Shown: positions 1 through 9,025, numbered from the stretch's first letter. The stretch: 32,000 bases of DNA from Geobacter sulfurreducens PCA (GCF_000007985.2 NC_002939.5:780001-812000), one strand, 5' to 3'. Notes: generated by a model from the sequence alone, not told the origin. Translations and numbers: made by a program.

Positions 1-521
1 TGGCCCTGGTGGCCTCGGGAGGCATCCAGTGCCTCCGTTCGGTGCCCGTGGGGGGAGATGCCATGGATGCGGCCATTGTCGGCTACCTGGAGCGGGAGCG
101 TGGAGTGCTCGTGGGGGAACGGACGGCCGAGGAACTCAAGATCCGGCTCGGCGCGGCCACGGCCGACAGCCCTGCCGAACGGGCCCGGGTGCGTGGGCGC
201 GGCGTGGCGCGAGGGTTGCCGGTTGAGATTTCGGTAAGCAGCCGCGAGGTGTGCGCTGCCCTGAGGGCGCCGGTGGCCGCCATCGTGGCGGCAGTGCGAT
301 CATGCCTCGACGGGATTCCGCCGGCCGTGTCCCTGGATCTCCTGGATCGGGGCATCCTGATGGGGGGCGGCGGGTCCCTGCTGCACGGCCTGGACCGGGC
401 CCTGGAGCGGGAGGTGCTGCTGCCGGTCACGCGGGTGAGCGATCCCTTTTCCTGCGTGGCCCGAGGCTCGGCCGCGGTGCTCGACTACCTGGGGGTGCTC
501 CGGCGGGTCGAACGGGGGTAG
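1..521 (+). CDS. MreB/Mbl-family actin-like ATPase, C-terminal part (5' end lies outside the window)
   Basis: The reading frame is open from the window edge. The translation (VPVGGDAMDAAIVGYLERERGVLVGERTAEELKIRLG ... GILMGGGGSLLHGLDRALEREVLLPVTRVSDPFSCVARG) matches the conserved MreB C-terminal motifs. It is divergent from canonical MreB, so it may be a paralog. Confidence 0.8.
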   Translation, partial: ALVASGGIQCLRSVPVGGDAMDAAIVGYLERERGVLVGERTAEELKIRLGAATADSPAERARVRGRGVARGLPVEISVSSREVCAALRAPVAAIVAAVRSCLDGIPPAVSLDLLDRGILMGGGGSLLHGLDRALEREVLLPVTRVSDPFSCVARGSAAVLDYLGVLRRVERG

Positions 522-529
522 CCGGGCGG

Positions 530-2536
530 TCACATGCCGAACAGCAGGAGCGTGACCAGAGTGATCAGGGTGTAGAGGATGTAGAGGTGCAACTGGCCGT
601 GCTGGAGCCTCCGGAGCGGGGCGAGCTTACCATTGGCCCACGTGATGAACGGGAGGTAGAGGTGTTCGAGCACCGTCTCGGGGACATGGGTATGGAGCTC
701 CGACGGCGCCGGCGCACAGGAGCGGATGCCGGGCTGGGTGCCGTGGGGGCGCAGGATGCCGCCGAAGAGCCGGACCAGCATCTCGGCGAAGGATGACGCG
801 GTGTACTGCATCCGGGGGGTGGGGGCCAGATAGCCGCAGCCCCAGGTGGGCGAGGCTCCCCGGGGCACGGCGGCCAACCGCCGGGCGTAGAGGAGAGCGA
901 GAACGGCCACCGTGGCAAGGGTGCCGGCGGCAACGGCCATGAGCCATCCCAGGGGCGCCAGATCGGCCAGGGCCGGGGCCGTGAGAGCCAGTTCCGGCCG
1001 CCAGGAGCGCACCGCGGCGTCAAGCAGCGGCGCCACCGCCGCCGGTGCCAGGCCGACCACGACGCAGACCGCGCCCAGCACGGCCATGGGCGCGAGCATG
1101 GGGCGCCCCGCCTCGTGGGCGCGGGCCGCCTCTTCGCTCCGGGGGAGCCCCAGGAAAACCACGCCGAAGACCTTGACGAAGCAGGCAACCGCCAGTCCCC
1201 CCACCAGGGCAAGGGCCGGCCCGGCCAGTGATGTGACGGCCGCGGCCGCGCCGGTGCCGTGGACCGCCTCCCGGAAGACCCCCAGGTAGATGAGGAACTC
1301 GCTCACGAAGCCGTTCAGGGGCGGCAGCCCGCAGATGGCCACGGCCCCGGTCAGGAAGAGAAGGGCGGTCCGGGGCATGACGCGGGCGATGCCCCCCATC
1401 CGGTCGATTTTCCGGGTGCCGACGGCATGGATCACCGAGCCGGCGCCGAGGAAAAGGAGCGCCTTGAAGGTGGCGTGGTTCAGTACGTGGAGCAGTGCCC
1501 CTGCCATGCCGAGGAGTGCCAGGGAGGGAACCCCCGTGGCCGCGCCCACCAGGGCCACGCCGATCCCCATGGCGATGATCCCGATGTTCTCGATGCTGTG
1601 GTAGGCCAGCAACCGCTTGAGGTCATGCTGACCCAGAGCGAAGGCGACCCCGGCGATCCCCGACGCCATTCCCGCCACCAGCAGGACGATCCCCCACCAG
1701 AGCGGAATCTGGGCAAAGAAGGAAACCGTCCGGACGATGCCGTAGATGCCGAGCTTCAGGATTACCCCGGACATGATGGCCGAGATGTGGCTCGGGGCGT
1801 TGGCGTGGGCCGACGGGAGCCAGACGTGGAGCGGCATGAGCCCAGCCTTGATGCCGAAGCCCAGGAGTGCGGTCAGGAAGATGCCGGCGCCGATCCCTCC
1901 GCCGGCCGCCAGCGATGCCGGGGCCGGGAAGAGGTACGATCCCGCCGTCCCCTTGAGGAGCGAAAACAGGGCGAACAGGGCCAGGGTGCCGATGTGGGTG
2001 GTGATCAGGTAGAGGGTGCCGGCATCCCGGACCTCGGGTTTCGCGTGGTCGGCGGTGAGGACGAACCAGGCGGAAACGGCCATGATCTCCCACGCCACGA
2101 GGAAGAGGACCCCGTTGCGCGCTACGATCACCCCGATCAGGGCTGCTACGAGGAGGCCGAAGAAGAAGGTCAGGCTGCGCACCGTGCGGGGATTGTCCCG
2201 GGCCGGCCAGTAGCCGAGGGCATAGACCGCGCAGCAGGCGGCCACCAGGAGGATCGGCAGGGCAAAAAAGGCGGAGAGGGGGTCCACGGCCATTTCGGCG
2301 GGACCGAAGGGGAGTCCCCAGGAGAGGAGAAAGGTTTCGGTCCGGCCGGTGACGAGGGTGGCGACGGCGCTGCCCAGGCCGATCACGGTGGCCAGGAGCA
2401 TGAGCACTGTGGCCGCCTTCTGGCCGGCGGCAGGGGAAAGGCTTCTGACGAGCAGCGGCACCCCCGACAGGGCGGCAAGGGCCGAGGCGCAGAGCAGGAG
2501 CATACCGGGCGAGACCATTCCCCCTCCATCAGTCAT
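530..2536 (-). CDS. ehrA: NuoL/HyfB-like antiporter-type membrane subunit; orphan paralog of the first gene of the divergent ehr operon
   Basis: 668-aa polytopic protein with NuoL/HyfB motifs (WEIMAVSAWFVL, GIKAGLMPLHVWLPSAHANAPSHISAIMSGVILKLGIYG, LAYHSIENIGII). By eye it is roughly 60% identical over long blocks to the 4030..6015 product. The symbol follows Geobacter Ehr nomenclature from memory. Confidence 0.85.
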   Translation of the reverse strand: MTDGGGMVSPGMLLLCASALAALSGVPLLVRSLSPAAGQKAATVLMLLATVIGLGSAVATLVTGRTETFLLSWGLPFGPAEMAVDPLSAFFALPILLVAACCAVYALGYWPARDNPRTVRSLTFFFGLLVAALIGVIVARNGVLFLVAWEIMAVSAWFVLTADHAKPEVRDAGTLYLITTHIGTLALFALFSLLKGTAGSYLFPAPASLAAGGGIGAGIFLTALLGFGIKAGLMPLHVWLPSAHANAPSHISAIMSGVILKLGIYGIVRTVSFFAQIPLWWGIVLLVAGMASGIAGVAFALGQHDLKRLLAYHSIENIGIIAMGIGVALVGAATGVPSLALLGMAGALLHVLNHATFKALLFLGAGSVIHAVGTRKIDRMGGIARVMPRTALLFLTGAVAICGLPPLNGFVSEFLIYLGVFREAVHGTGAAAAVTSLAGPALALVGGLAVACFVKVFGVVFLGLPRSEEAARAHEAGRPMLAPMAVLGAVCVVVGLAPAAVAPLLDAAVRSWRPELALTAPALADLAPLGWLMAVAAGTLATVAVLALLYARRLAAVPRGASPTWGCGYLAPTPRMQYTASSFAEMLVRLFGGILRPHGTQPGIRSCAPAPSELHTHVPETVLEHLYLPFITWANGKLAPLRRLQHGQLHLYILYTLITLVTLLLFGM

Positions 2537-2540
2537 CGGC

Positions 2541-3218
2541 TCATCCTCCCAGAGATCGTTCGATTTCGGCCACGGCGGCCAGGATGCCCGCCGGGTCGCA
2601 GGGTCGTTTCAGGGCCTCCCGCAGCCGCGGGTCGCGCAGGGCATGGGCCAGCCTCGACAGCAGGTGAAGGTGGGCCTTCACGGTGGGACTGGTGAGGGTG
2701 AAGAGGATCTGCACCGGCTTGCCGTCCAGGGCGCCGAAGTCCACGGGCGTAGCCAAGTGGCAGAGGGTGATGCTCGATCCGGCCACGTGGAGCAGGATCG
2801 GGTTGCGCATGTGGGGGATGGCGATGCCGTCGCCGATGGCGGTGGTGCCCAGGGCTTCCCGGGCCAGGAGCACCTGGAGTACGAATTCGGGGTCCACCTG
2901 CTGCGGGAGGGGGAGGAGGTCCACCACATTGCGCAGGACGGTCAGCTTGTCGTCCCCCGGCACGTTGCAGTGGATGCCCCCCGCCTGCAGGGCCGACGAG
3001 AGGGACGGGAAGAGCCCCGGCTCGTCTCCGGCGCCGGCATAGGCCTCGGGCAGGACCTTGATCCCCCGCTCCGTGGCCCACTCCAGCAGGTCGATGCGGT
3101 TGATCCGCGGCTCGCCGTCCACCGGCGTGGCCGGGAGCCCATCCCGCCTGATCCAGCGCTTGACGGTCTTTTCGTCGGTTGAAAGTAGCCGGGCCGCTTC
3201 CGCGGCGTTCAACAACAT
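2541..3218 (-). CDS. Fusion regulator: N-terminal excisionase/MerR-type HTH DNA-binding domain plus PTS EIIA type-2 (PtsN-like) domain
   Basis: The N-terminus (AAEAARLLSTDEKTVKRWIRRDGLP) is a typical HTH_17 motif. The C-terminal domain has the EIIA-2 signature GDGIAIPHMRNP, retaining the phosphorylatable His (codon at 2811..2813). Its stop lies 4 nt before the start of the downstream NuoL-like gene. Confidence 0.8.
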   Translation of the reverse strand: MLLNAAEAARLLSTDEKTVKRWIRRDGLPATPVDGEPRINRIDLLEWATERGIKVLPEAYAGAGDEPGLFPSLSSALQAGGIHCNVPGDDKLTVLRNVVDLLPLPQQVDPEFVLQVLLAREALGTTAIGDGIAIPHMRNPILLHVAGSSITLCHLATPVDFGALDGKPVQILFTLTSPTVKAHLHLLSRLAHALRDPRLREALKRPCDPAGILAAVAEIERSLGG

Positions 3219-3266
3219 GGATTCACCTCGTGGGCGTTCAGTTCGCTAGTTCGGCGCCGGTCCTCC

Positions 3267-3319
3267 GGAGGGCGGGGCTCCCGCTCCGAACATCTCCACG
3301 CGTCACCAGCCCGCCCTCC
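3267..3319. repeat. Copy 1 of a 31-nt conserved intergenic element (core 3277..3307), enclosed by a 12-bp outer stem
   Basis: The core GCTCCCGCTCCGAACATCTCCACGCGTCACC matches 10596..10626 at 28 of 31 positions with no indel. It is flanked by GGAGGGCGGGGCT (3267..3279) and AGCCCGCCCTCC (3308..3319), which are reverse complements apart from one bulged base. Confidence 0.6.
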
Positions 3320-3657
3320 TAGAGCTCCAACTGGAACCGGAGCGCCTTCTCCACCTGCTCCATGAGCGTCTTGCTCAGGAACCCCAGTCGTTCCCCCACC
3401 ACCTTGGCCTTGTCGATGGTGATGATAATGTGGGAGCTGAGCTTGGAGTCGGCGGCCAGGCCGGTCTTGGTGGCCGGCAGAAACGTTTCGAACTCGTAAA
3501 TCTTCTCCAGGTTCCGGAAGGAAAGGGGGATGATGGTGACCACCGGCGAGAATTCATTGCTGATGTTGTTGCTCACCACTACGCATGGACAGGTTTCCGG
3601 CGTGCCGTCCCCCTCCTGGGCCAGGTTGACCGAATAGATCCCCCCCCGTTTAAACAT
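3319..3657 (-). CDS. mazF: Type II toxin, MazF/PemK-family endoribonuclease
   Basis: The 112-aa product (GGIYSVNL...PCVVVSNNISNEFSPVVTIIPLS...SKLSSHIIITIDKAKV) fits the PemK/MazF pattern. It overlaps the upstream antitoxin gene by 8 nt. Confidence 0.85.
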   Translation of the reverse strand: MFKRGGIYSVNLAQEGDGTPETCPCVVVSNNISNEFSPVVTIIPLSFRNLEKIYEFETFLPATKTGLAADSKLSSHIIITIDKAKVVGERLGFLSKTLMEQVEKALRFQLEL

Positions 3658-3886
3658 CCCGCTCCTCCGTCACTGCCGCTTCAAGTTTTTTCAGGACCTC
3701 CACCGTTTCGTCCGCGGTTGAGCGGTATCCCTCGATGAGTCCCTTGTAGGCCTCCCGCTTCACGGCGGCCAGCTTCTCCTGAGCCGCCTCCTCCAGGAAC
3801 TGGCTCAGTCCCCGGGGGCCGTAGAGCGCCTTGATGTCGTCCACGATGTGGGTCGGCAGCGAGATGTTCAGTCGGGTGCTCGGCAT
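3650..3886 (-). CDS. mazE: Type II antitoxin, ribbon-helix-helix (CopG/MazE-like)
   Basis: MPSTRLNISLPTHIVDDIKAL... is a typical RHH N-terminus. The start was moved to the ATG at 3886, which is preceded by GAGGAG with 6-nt spacing. The longer track ORF (to 3925) has no RBS. Confidence 0.75.
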   Translation of the reverse strand: MPSTRLNISLPTHIVDDIKALYGPRGLSQFLEEAAQEKLAAVKREAYKGLIEGYRSTADETVEVLKKLEAAVTEERDV

Positions 3887-3915
3887 CTTCGTCTCCTCAG
3901 AAGTCTTTCGACTTC

Positions 3916-3944
3916 TATGCGTCATAAAATGTTATTGACGCATA
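3916..3944. promoter_or_regulatory. Perfect 9-bp inverted repeat TATGCGTCA-N11-TGACGCATA; candidate MazE/MazEF operator
   Basis: Read directly from the sequence. It lies in the divergent promoter region between mazE (minus strand) and the ehr operon (plus strand). The right arm overlaps the predicted -35 element of the ehr promoter. Confidence 0.5.
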
Positions 3945-3963
3945 AAAAATAGTACCATATAGT
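3935..3963 (+). promoter_or_regulatory. Sigma70-type promoter TTGACG-N17-TATAGT for the ehr operon
   Basis: -35 TTGACG (3935..3940), an exact 17-nt spacer, and -10 TATAGT (3958..3963), about 65 nt upstream of the ATG at 4030 in an AT-rich stretch. Confidence 0.5.
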
Positions 3964-4029
3964 TTTATAAGGTGTTAGCGTTTTTTGTGTGTTTTGCTGT
4001 TTCTATGTGTCGTTAGTGGGTGGAAATCC

Positions 4030-6015
4030 ATGGAATCCGCGTTAGAAGGGGCGGACCCCGCCTCTCAGATTCTTGCCGCCATAGTCCTGGTGGCCCTTTC
4101 CGGCGTTCCGGGCGTGCTGGCGCGCCGATTCGTGCCGGGCCAGATCCTGGCCGCCGTCATGGCTGTGGCTGCGTCTCTGCTTGGCTTGACCGGCACGATT
4201 CGGACGCTGCTGGAGCACCGGACAACGGCCTTCAGTCTTGCCTGGACCCTCCCCTTCGGCCCCGCCGACCTGGCCGTCGATCCCCTGTCGGCTCTCTTCC
4301 TGATTCCCGTCTTTCTCGTCTTCGGCTGCGGCTCCCTCTATGCTCTCGGCTACTGGCCCGCCGCTGCGAACCGTTCCACCGAGCCGGCCCTTACGTTCTT
4401 CTACGGGATTCTGGCCGCGGCCATGGCGGGCCTGGTGGTGGCCCGCAACGGGGTTCTCTTCCTCATGGCGTGGGAGGCTATGGCCCTGTCGGCCTGGTTC
4501 CTCCTCGCCACCGAGCACCGTGACCCGGCCGTGCGCCAGGCGGGGATCGTCTATCTGGCGGCGACCCATGCCGGCACCGCGGCGCTCTTCGTGCTCTTCT
4601 GCGTCCTGCGGGGCGTCACCGGATCCTTCGTGTTTCCCGCGCCACACAGCCTCGACCCGGCCTTGGTGCCGGCCACGGTCCTGTTTCTGGCCGCCCTTGC
4701 CGGGTTCGGCGCCAAGGCCGGGATCATGCCGCTCCACATCTGGCTGCCCGCGGCCCATGCCAGCGCGCCGAGCCACGTCTCCGCCCTCATGTCGGGGGTC
4801 ATGCTCAAGATGGGGCTCTACGGGCTGGTGCGGACCATCTCGTTTTTCGCGCCGGTACCCCTCTGGTGGGGCGGTCTCATTCTGGTGCTGGGGGCGGTTT
4901 CGGCCCTGGCCGGCATCGTCCTGGCGGCGTCCCAGCGCGATCTGAAACGGCTGCTGGCCTGCAGCAGCATCGAGAACATCGGCATCATCGCCTTGGGCAT
5001 CGGTACGGCCCTGGTGGGGGAAGCCACTGGCAACGTCCCCCTCTATACCCTCGGCATGACCGGGGCACTGCTCCACCTGCTCAATCACAGCCTGTTCAAG
5101 CCGCTCCTCTTTTTCGGGGCCGGCGCGGTGATCCATGCCACCGGCACCCGGGAGATGGACCGAATGGGAGGGCTTGCCCGCCTCATGCCCCGGAGCGCGC
5201 TCTTCTTCCTGGTGGGGTCCGTGGCCATCTGCGGGCTGCCTCCCCTGAACGGCTTCGTGGGGGAATTTCTGCTCTATGCCGGCTTCTTCGGCGAGGCCGT
5301 GGCTGACCCGGTGCCGCTCCTGGCCCTGTCGGCGCCGCTTCTGGCCGTGGTGGGGGGCATCGCGACGGTCTCCTTCGTGAAGCTCTACGGCGTGATTTTT
5401 CTGGGGGTTCCCCGCTGCGGCGCGCATCATCACTCCCACCTGCCCGACTGGCGGATGGGCGCGCCCATGGGGCTGCTGGCCCTGCTCTGCCTCGCGGCGG
5501 GGATCGCGCCCGGGCCGGTGCTGAGCCTGGTGGAGCCGGCAGTGGGGGCCTTCGGCATGGTTCCCCCGGCCCCCCTCGAAACCCTCGTTCCCCTGGGGTG
5601 GCTCACCCTGGGGGCGGGCATGCTGGGCGCTGCGGTGATCCTCTCGGGGCTGCTCCTGATGTTCCGGCTGAAACGGACCCCGGTCGCGCGGGGTACTACC
5701 TGGGGGTGCGGCTACCCGGCCCCGTCGCCGCGGATGCAGTACACGGGAGTTTCCTTTGCCGATTCCCTGGTGAGGCAGTTCGAAGGGGTCGTCGCCCCCC
5801 GCCGGGAAGGTCCGGCCGTGGCGGGATTCTTCCCGGCACCGGTTCTGTTCCGGTTCGTGCCTACTGAAACGATCCTTGAGCGGGTCATCATGCCGCTGTT
5901 CAGGGTCGCGGGGTTTTCCTTCGCCTTCCTGCGGCGGCTGCAGCACGGCCGGCTGCACCTCTACATGCTCTACATCCTGACCACGCTCTTTCTGCTGATG
6001 GTCTGGGCCCACTGA
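4030..6015 (+). CDS. ehrA: Ehr complex NuoL/HyfB-like antiporter-type membrane subunit
   Basis: NuoL/HyfB motifs are present (WEAMALSAWFLL, GAKAGIMPLHIWLPAAHASAPSHVSALMSGVMLKMGLYG). The start was set at MESALEG (4030) by alignment of the N-terminus with the 530..2536 paralog. Confidence 0.85.
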   Translation: MESALEGADPASQILAAIVLVALSGVPGVLARRFVPGQILAAVMAVAASLLGLTGTIRTLLEHRTTAFSLAWTLPFGPADLAVDPLSALFLIPVFLVFGCGSLYALGYWPAAANRSTEPALTFFYGILAAAMAGLVVARNGVLFLMAWEAMALSAWFLLATEHRDPAVRQAGIVYLAATHAGTAALFVLFCVLRGVTGSFVFPAPHSLDPALVPATVLFLAALAGFGAKAGIMPLHIWLPAAHASAPSHVSALMSGVMLKMGLYGLVRTISFFAPVPLWWGGLILVLGAVSALAGIVLAASQRDLKRLLACSSIENIGIIALGIGTALVGEATGNVPLYTLGMTGALLHLLNHSLFKPLLFFGAGAVIHATGTREMDRMGGLARLMPRSALFFLVGSVAICGLPPLNGFVGEFLLYAGFFGEAVADPVPLLALSAPLLAVVGGIATVSFVKLYGVIFLGVPRCGAHHHSHLPDWRMGAPMGLLALLCLAAGIAPGPVLSLVEPAVGAFGMVPPAPLETLVPLGWLTLGAGMLGAAVILSGLLLMFRLKRTPVARGTTWGCGYPAPSPRMQYTGVSFADSLVRQFEGVVAPRREGPAVAGFFPAPVLFRFVPTETILERVIMPLFRVAGFSFAFLRRLQHGRLHLYMLYILTTLFLLMVWAH

Positions 6016-6030
6016 CGGGGAGGGCGCGCC

Positions 6031-6939
6031 ATGCTCGACATCATCATCCATCTGCTGCTGGCGATCCTGATGCCCCCCCTGCTCCTGGGGGTGATCGTCA
6101 AGACCAAGGCCGCCTTTGCGGGCCGGGTCGGGGCGCCGCTTCTGCAGCCATACTATGACATTGCGCGGCTGCTGCGCAAGGGGAGCGTGTTCAGCGATAC
6201 CACCACCTGGGTGTTCCGTGCCGGGCCGGTGGTGACCCTGGCCGCCACCGCCGTGGCAGCGCTGCTGGTCCCTTTGGGCAACCATCCGGCGCCGGTCTCC
6301 TTTGCCGGAGACATGATCCTCTTTGCCTACCTCTTCGGTCTGGCCCGGTTCTTCACCACCGTGGCCGCCCTGGACACCGGCTCCAGCTTCGAGGGGATGG
6401 GGGCGGCCCGGGAGGTGACCTTTTCCTGTCTGGCCGAGCCGACCCTCTTCTTCGCCCTCATCACCCTGGCCCGCATGAGCGGCAGCCTGTCGCTTACCCC
6501 CATGCTCACCCACGCCACCGTGGGGGATTGGCTCACCGCCGGCGCCTCCCTGCTGCTGCTGGTGGGGGCGCTGTTTCTGGTTCTCCTGGTGGAGAACTGC
6601 CGCATCCCCTTTGACGACCCCACCACCCACCTGGAACTGACCATGATCCACGAGGTGATGGTGCTGGACCACAGCGGCCCCGCCTTCGGCCTGATCCTCT
6701 ACGGCGCGGCCCTCAAGCTCTTCGTGCTCGGGGCCTTCTTCATGAACGTGGCCCTTCCCGTGCGGACCGGCAACACCCTGGCCGACTGGGGGATCTTCGT
6801 GGCATCCATGCTGGTGCTGGCGGTGGCCGTGGGGGTGGTGGAATCGGTCATGGCCCGGCTGCGCCTGATCCGCATCCCGCAACTGCTTGTGGCGGCGACA
6901 ATCCTCTCCGCCTTTTCCATGCTCCTGATCCTGAGGTAA
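6031..6939 (+). CDS. ehrB: Ehr complex NuoH/HyfC/HycD-like membrane subunit
   Basis: 302-aa polytopic protein with NuoH/HycD-type features (PFDDPTTHLELTMIHEVMVLDHSGP). A GGGGAGGG RBS precedes it, and it is tightly packed after ehrA. Confidence 0.85.
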   Translation: MLDIIIHLLLAILMPPLLLGVIVKTKAAFAGRVGAPLLQPYYDIARLLRKGSVFSDTTTWVFRAGPVVTLAATAVAALLVPLGNHPAPVSFAGDMILFAYLFGLARFFTTVAALDTGSSFEGMGAAREVTFSCLAEPTLFFALITLARMSGSLSLTPMLTHATVGDWLTAGASLLLLVGALFLVLLVENCRIPFDDPTTHLELTMIHEVMVLDHSGPAFGLILYGAALKLFVLGAFFMNVALPVRTGNTLADWGIFVASMLVLAVAVGVVESVMARLRLIRIPQLLVAATILSAFSMLLILR

Positions 6940-6942
6940 CCC

Positions 6943-7584
6943 ATGGTTTCCCTTGCCGACCAACTGCTGGTGCTGGTCATGCTGATCAACTTCGTCGTCC
7001 TGGGGTCGAGCCGGATGGCCTTCTGCATCCGGGCCGCCGCCGTGCAGGGGGTGATCCTGGGGGTGCTCCCCGGCATCATCCACTCCTTCTCCTGGCACCT
7101 GGTGGCCATCTCCGGCGGGATCATCCTGGCCAAGGGACTGGTGATCCCCTGGCTGATCAGCGATGCCGTGCGCAAGGCCCGGATCAAGCGGGAGGTGGAG
7201 CCGTTCATCGGCTACGTGCCGACCCTGATCCTGGGCGCCGTGGCCACGGCCTTGGCCTTTGTCTTCTCGGAGCGGCTCCCCCTGGCCCCGGAGCACCAGG
7301 ACCTGCTCTTCGTGCCGGCGGCCATCGCCACCCTGATGACCGGGTTCCTGGTGCTGACCACCCGACGCAAGGCCATCTCCCAGGTGATCGGCTACCTGGT
7401 TCTGGAAAACGGCATCTTCATTTTCAGCCTGCTGTTGACCACCGCCATGCCGGTCATGGTGGAGGCCGGAGTGCTCCTGGACCTTCTGGTGGGGATCTTC
7501 GTCATGGGAATCGTCATTAACCACATCAGCCGCGAGTTCTCCTCCGTCGACACCTCGCGCCTGAGCGCCCTGAAGGAGGAGTAG
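6943..7584 (+). CDS. ehrC: Ehr complex HyfE/NuoK-like small membrane subunit
   Basis: 213-aa hydrophobic protein in the position HyfE occupies in hyf operons. A GAGG RBS lies within the end of the preceding gene, with a 3-nt gap. Confidence 0.75.
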   Translation: MVSLADQLLVLVMLINFVVLGSSRMAFCIRAAAVQGVILGVLPGIIHSFSWHLVAISGGIILAKGLVIPWLISDAVRKARIKREVEPFIGYVPTLILGAVATALAFVFSERLPLAPEHQDLLFVPAAIATLMTGFLVLTTRRKAISQVIGYLVLENGIFIFSLLLTTAMPVMVEAGVLLDLLVGIFVMGIVINHISREFSSVDTSRLSALKEE

Positions 7585-7588
7585 GCCC

Positions 7589-9025
7589 ATGCTGACCGCC
7601 GCCGTTCTCCTGCCGCTCGTAGGCGCCCTCGTGGCCTGGATCGTCCCGGACAACCGGCTCCGCCCCCTGGTGCTGCCGGCTGTGGCCGTCCCGCATTTCC
7701 TCCTGACCCTGGCGCTCCTGGCGTGGACCCCGCCGCCGTCCCCCCAGGGGTGGATCTTCCTGGACCCCCTCGGCAAGATCGTGCTCCTCTGCATCAGTAC
7801 CCTGTTCCTGATCTGCGCCGTCTACGCGGTGGGCTACCTGGCCTACCGCCGGGACCGCTCCAACCGGGTCCTCTGCATGGGGCTGCTGGCGTGCCTCTCG
7901 GCCATGACCCTGGTGACCGCCTCCCAGCACCTGGGGCTCCTCTGGGTGGCGGTGGAGACCACCACCGTGACCATGGCGCCCCTGATCTACTTCAACCGCA
8001 ACGCCCGCTCCATCGAGGCCACCTGGAAGTACCTCCTGATTTGCTCCGTGGGGATCGCCCTGGCGCTTCTGGGGCTTTTCTTCCTGGCCTACGCGACGCT
8101 TGTCGCCCACCGGGACGCCACCCTGCTCCTGGGGCCGATCCTTGCCTCGGCCCGGGAGCTGAACCCGGGCTGGCTCCACGCCTCCTTCATCTTCATGCTG
8201 GTGGGATTCGGCTCCAAGATGGGGATCGCGCCGCTCCATTCCTGGAAGCCCGATGCCTACGGCGAGGCGCCGGGGCTCGTGGGGGCGCTCCTGGCCGGGG
8301 GACTGGTCAACTGCGCGTTTCTGGCCATCCTGCGGGTCTACCAGATCAGCCTCGCCTCCGGCGGGGAATACCTTTTCTTCCAGAAGGCACTCCTGACCAT
8401 GGGGCTCATCTCCATGGGGCTGGCAGCGGTCTTTATGGCGCGCCAGGCCGATTTCAAGCGGATGCTGGCCTATTCCAGTGTGGAGCACGTGGGCATCCTT
8501 GCGGTGGCCCTGGGGCTCGGCAAGGGGGCCCTGTTCGGGGCGCTCTTCCACCTGCTGAACAACGGCCTCACCAAGGGGGTCCTCTTTCTCTCATCGGGCA
8601 ACATCCACCGCAGTTTCAACAGCAAGAGCACCGAGGTGGTGCGCGGCGCCCTGGCCCGGCTCCCCTGGTCCGCCGGCCTCTTCCTGGCCGGTTTCATCGC
8701 CATAACCGGGTCGCCGCCGTTCTCCCCCTTCGTGAGCGAGTTCTCCATCGTGAGCAGCGCCTTCGTGGAGGGGCGCTACCTGGTGGGGGGCCTCTTCCTT
8801 TTCTTCCTGGCCGTGATCTTCATCGGCATGGCCCTCACGGTGCTGCCCCTGGTCATGGGCGTGCCCCCGGCCGACGCGGAACGGACCGACTACCGCGACC
8901 GGCTTCTGACCGTGGGGCCTCCCCTGGCCCTGCTGGGGCTGATCCTGATGCTGGGGGTCTGGCTGCCTGAACCGCTCCTGCGGCTCCTGGGCGAAGGGGC
9001 CGCTCTGCTGGAGGCCAAACCATGA
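7589..9025 (+). CDS. ehrD: Ehr complex NuoN/NuoM/HyfF-like antiporter-type membrane subunit
   Basis: 478-aa protein with Mrp/Nuo antiporter motifs (GFGSKMGIAPLHSWKPDAYGEAP, LAYSSVEHVGI). A strong AAGGAGGAG RBS precedes it. Confidence 0.85.
   Translation: MLTAAVLLPLVGALVAWIVPDNRLRPLVLPAVAVPHFLLTLALLAWTPPPSPQGWIFLDPLGKIVLLCISTLFLICAVYAVGYLAYRRDRSNRVLCMGLLACLSAMTLVTASQHLGLLWVAVETTTVTMAPLIYFNRNARSIEATWKYLLICSVGIALALLGLFFLAYATLVAHRDATLLLGPILASARELNPGWLHASFIFMLVGFGSKMGIAPLHSWKPDAYGEAPGLVGALLAGGLVNCAFLAILRVYQISLASGGEYLFFQKALLTMGLISMGLAAVFMARQADFKRMLAYSSVEHVGILAVALGLGKGALFGALFHLLNNGLTKGVLFLSSGNIHRSFNSKSTEVVRGALARLPWSAGLFLAGFIAITGSPPFSPFVSEFSIVSSAFVEGRYLVGGLFLFFLAVIFIGMALTVLPLVMGVPPADAERTDYRDRLLTVGPPLALLGLILMLGVWLPEPLLRLLGEGAALLEAKP

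Noticed and set aside
1259-2695. 478-aa plus-strand ORF opposite the orphan NuoL-like gene
   Set aside because: Same antisense high-GC artifact: a charged, low-complexity translation overlapping a gene with clear NuoL motifs.
3887-3925. Longer N-terminus (MTHRSRKTSEETK) for the antitoxin
   Set aside because: The internal ATG at 3886 has a GAGGAG RBS and gives the canonical RHH start. The upstream ATG lies inside the operator palindrome and has no RBS.
4042-7794. 1250-aa minus-strand ORF spanning the ehr operon
   Set aside because: It is antisense to four well-supported membrane-subunit genes. The translation is Arg/Gly/His/Pro/Gln-rich low complexity, typical of open antisense frames in high-GC DNA. 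It has no RBS and no recognisable domain.
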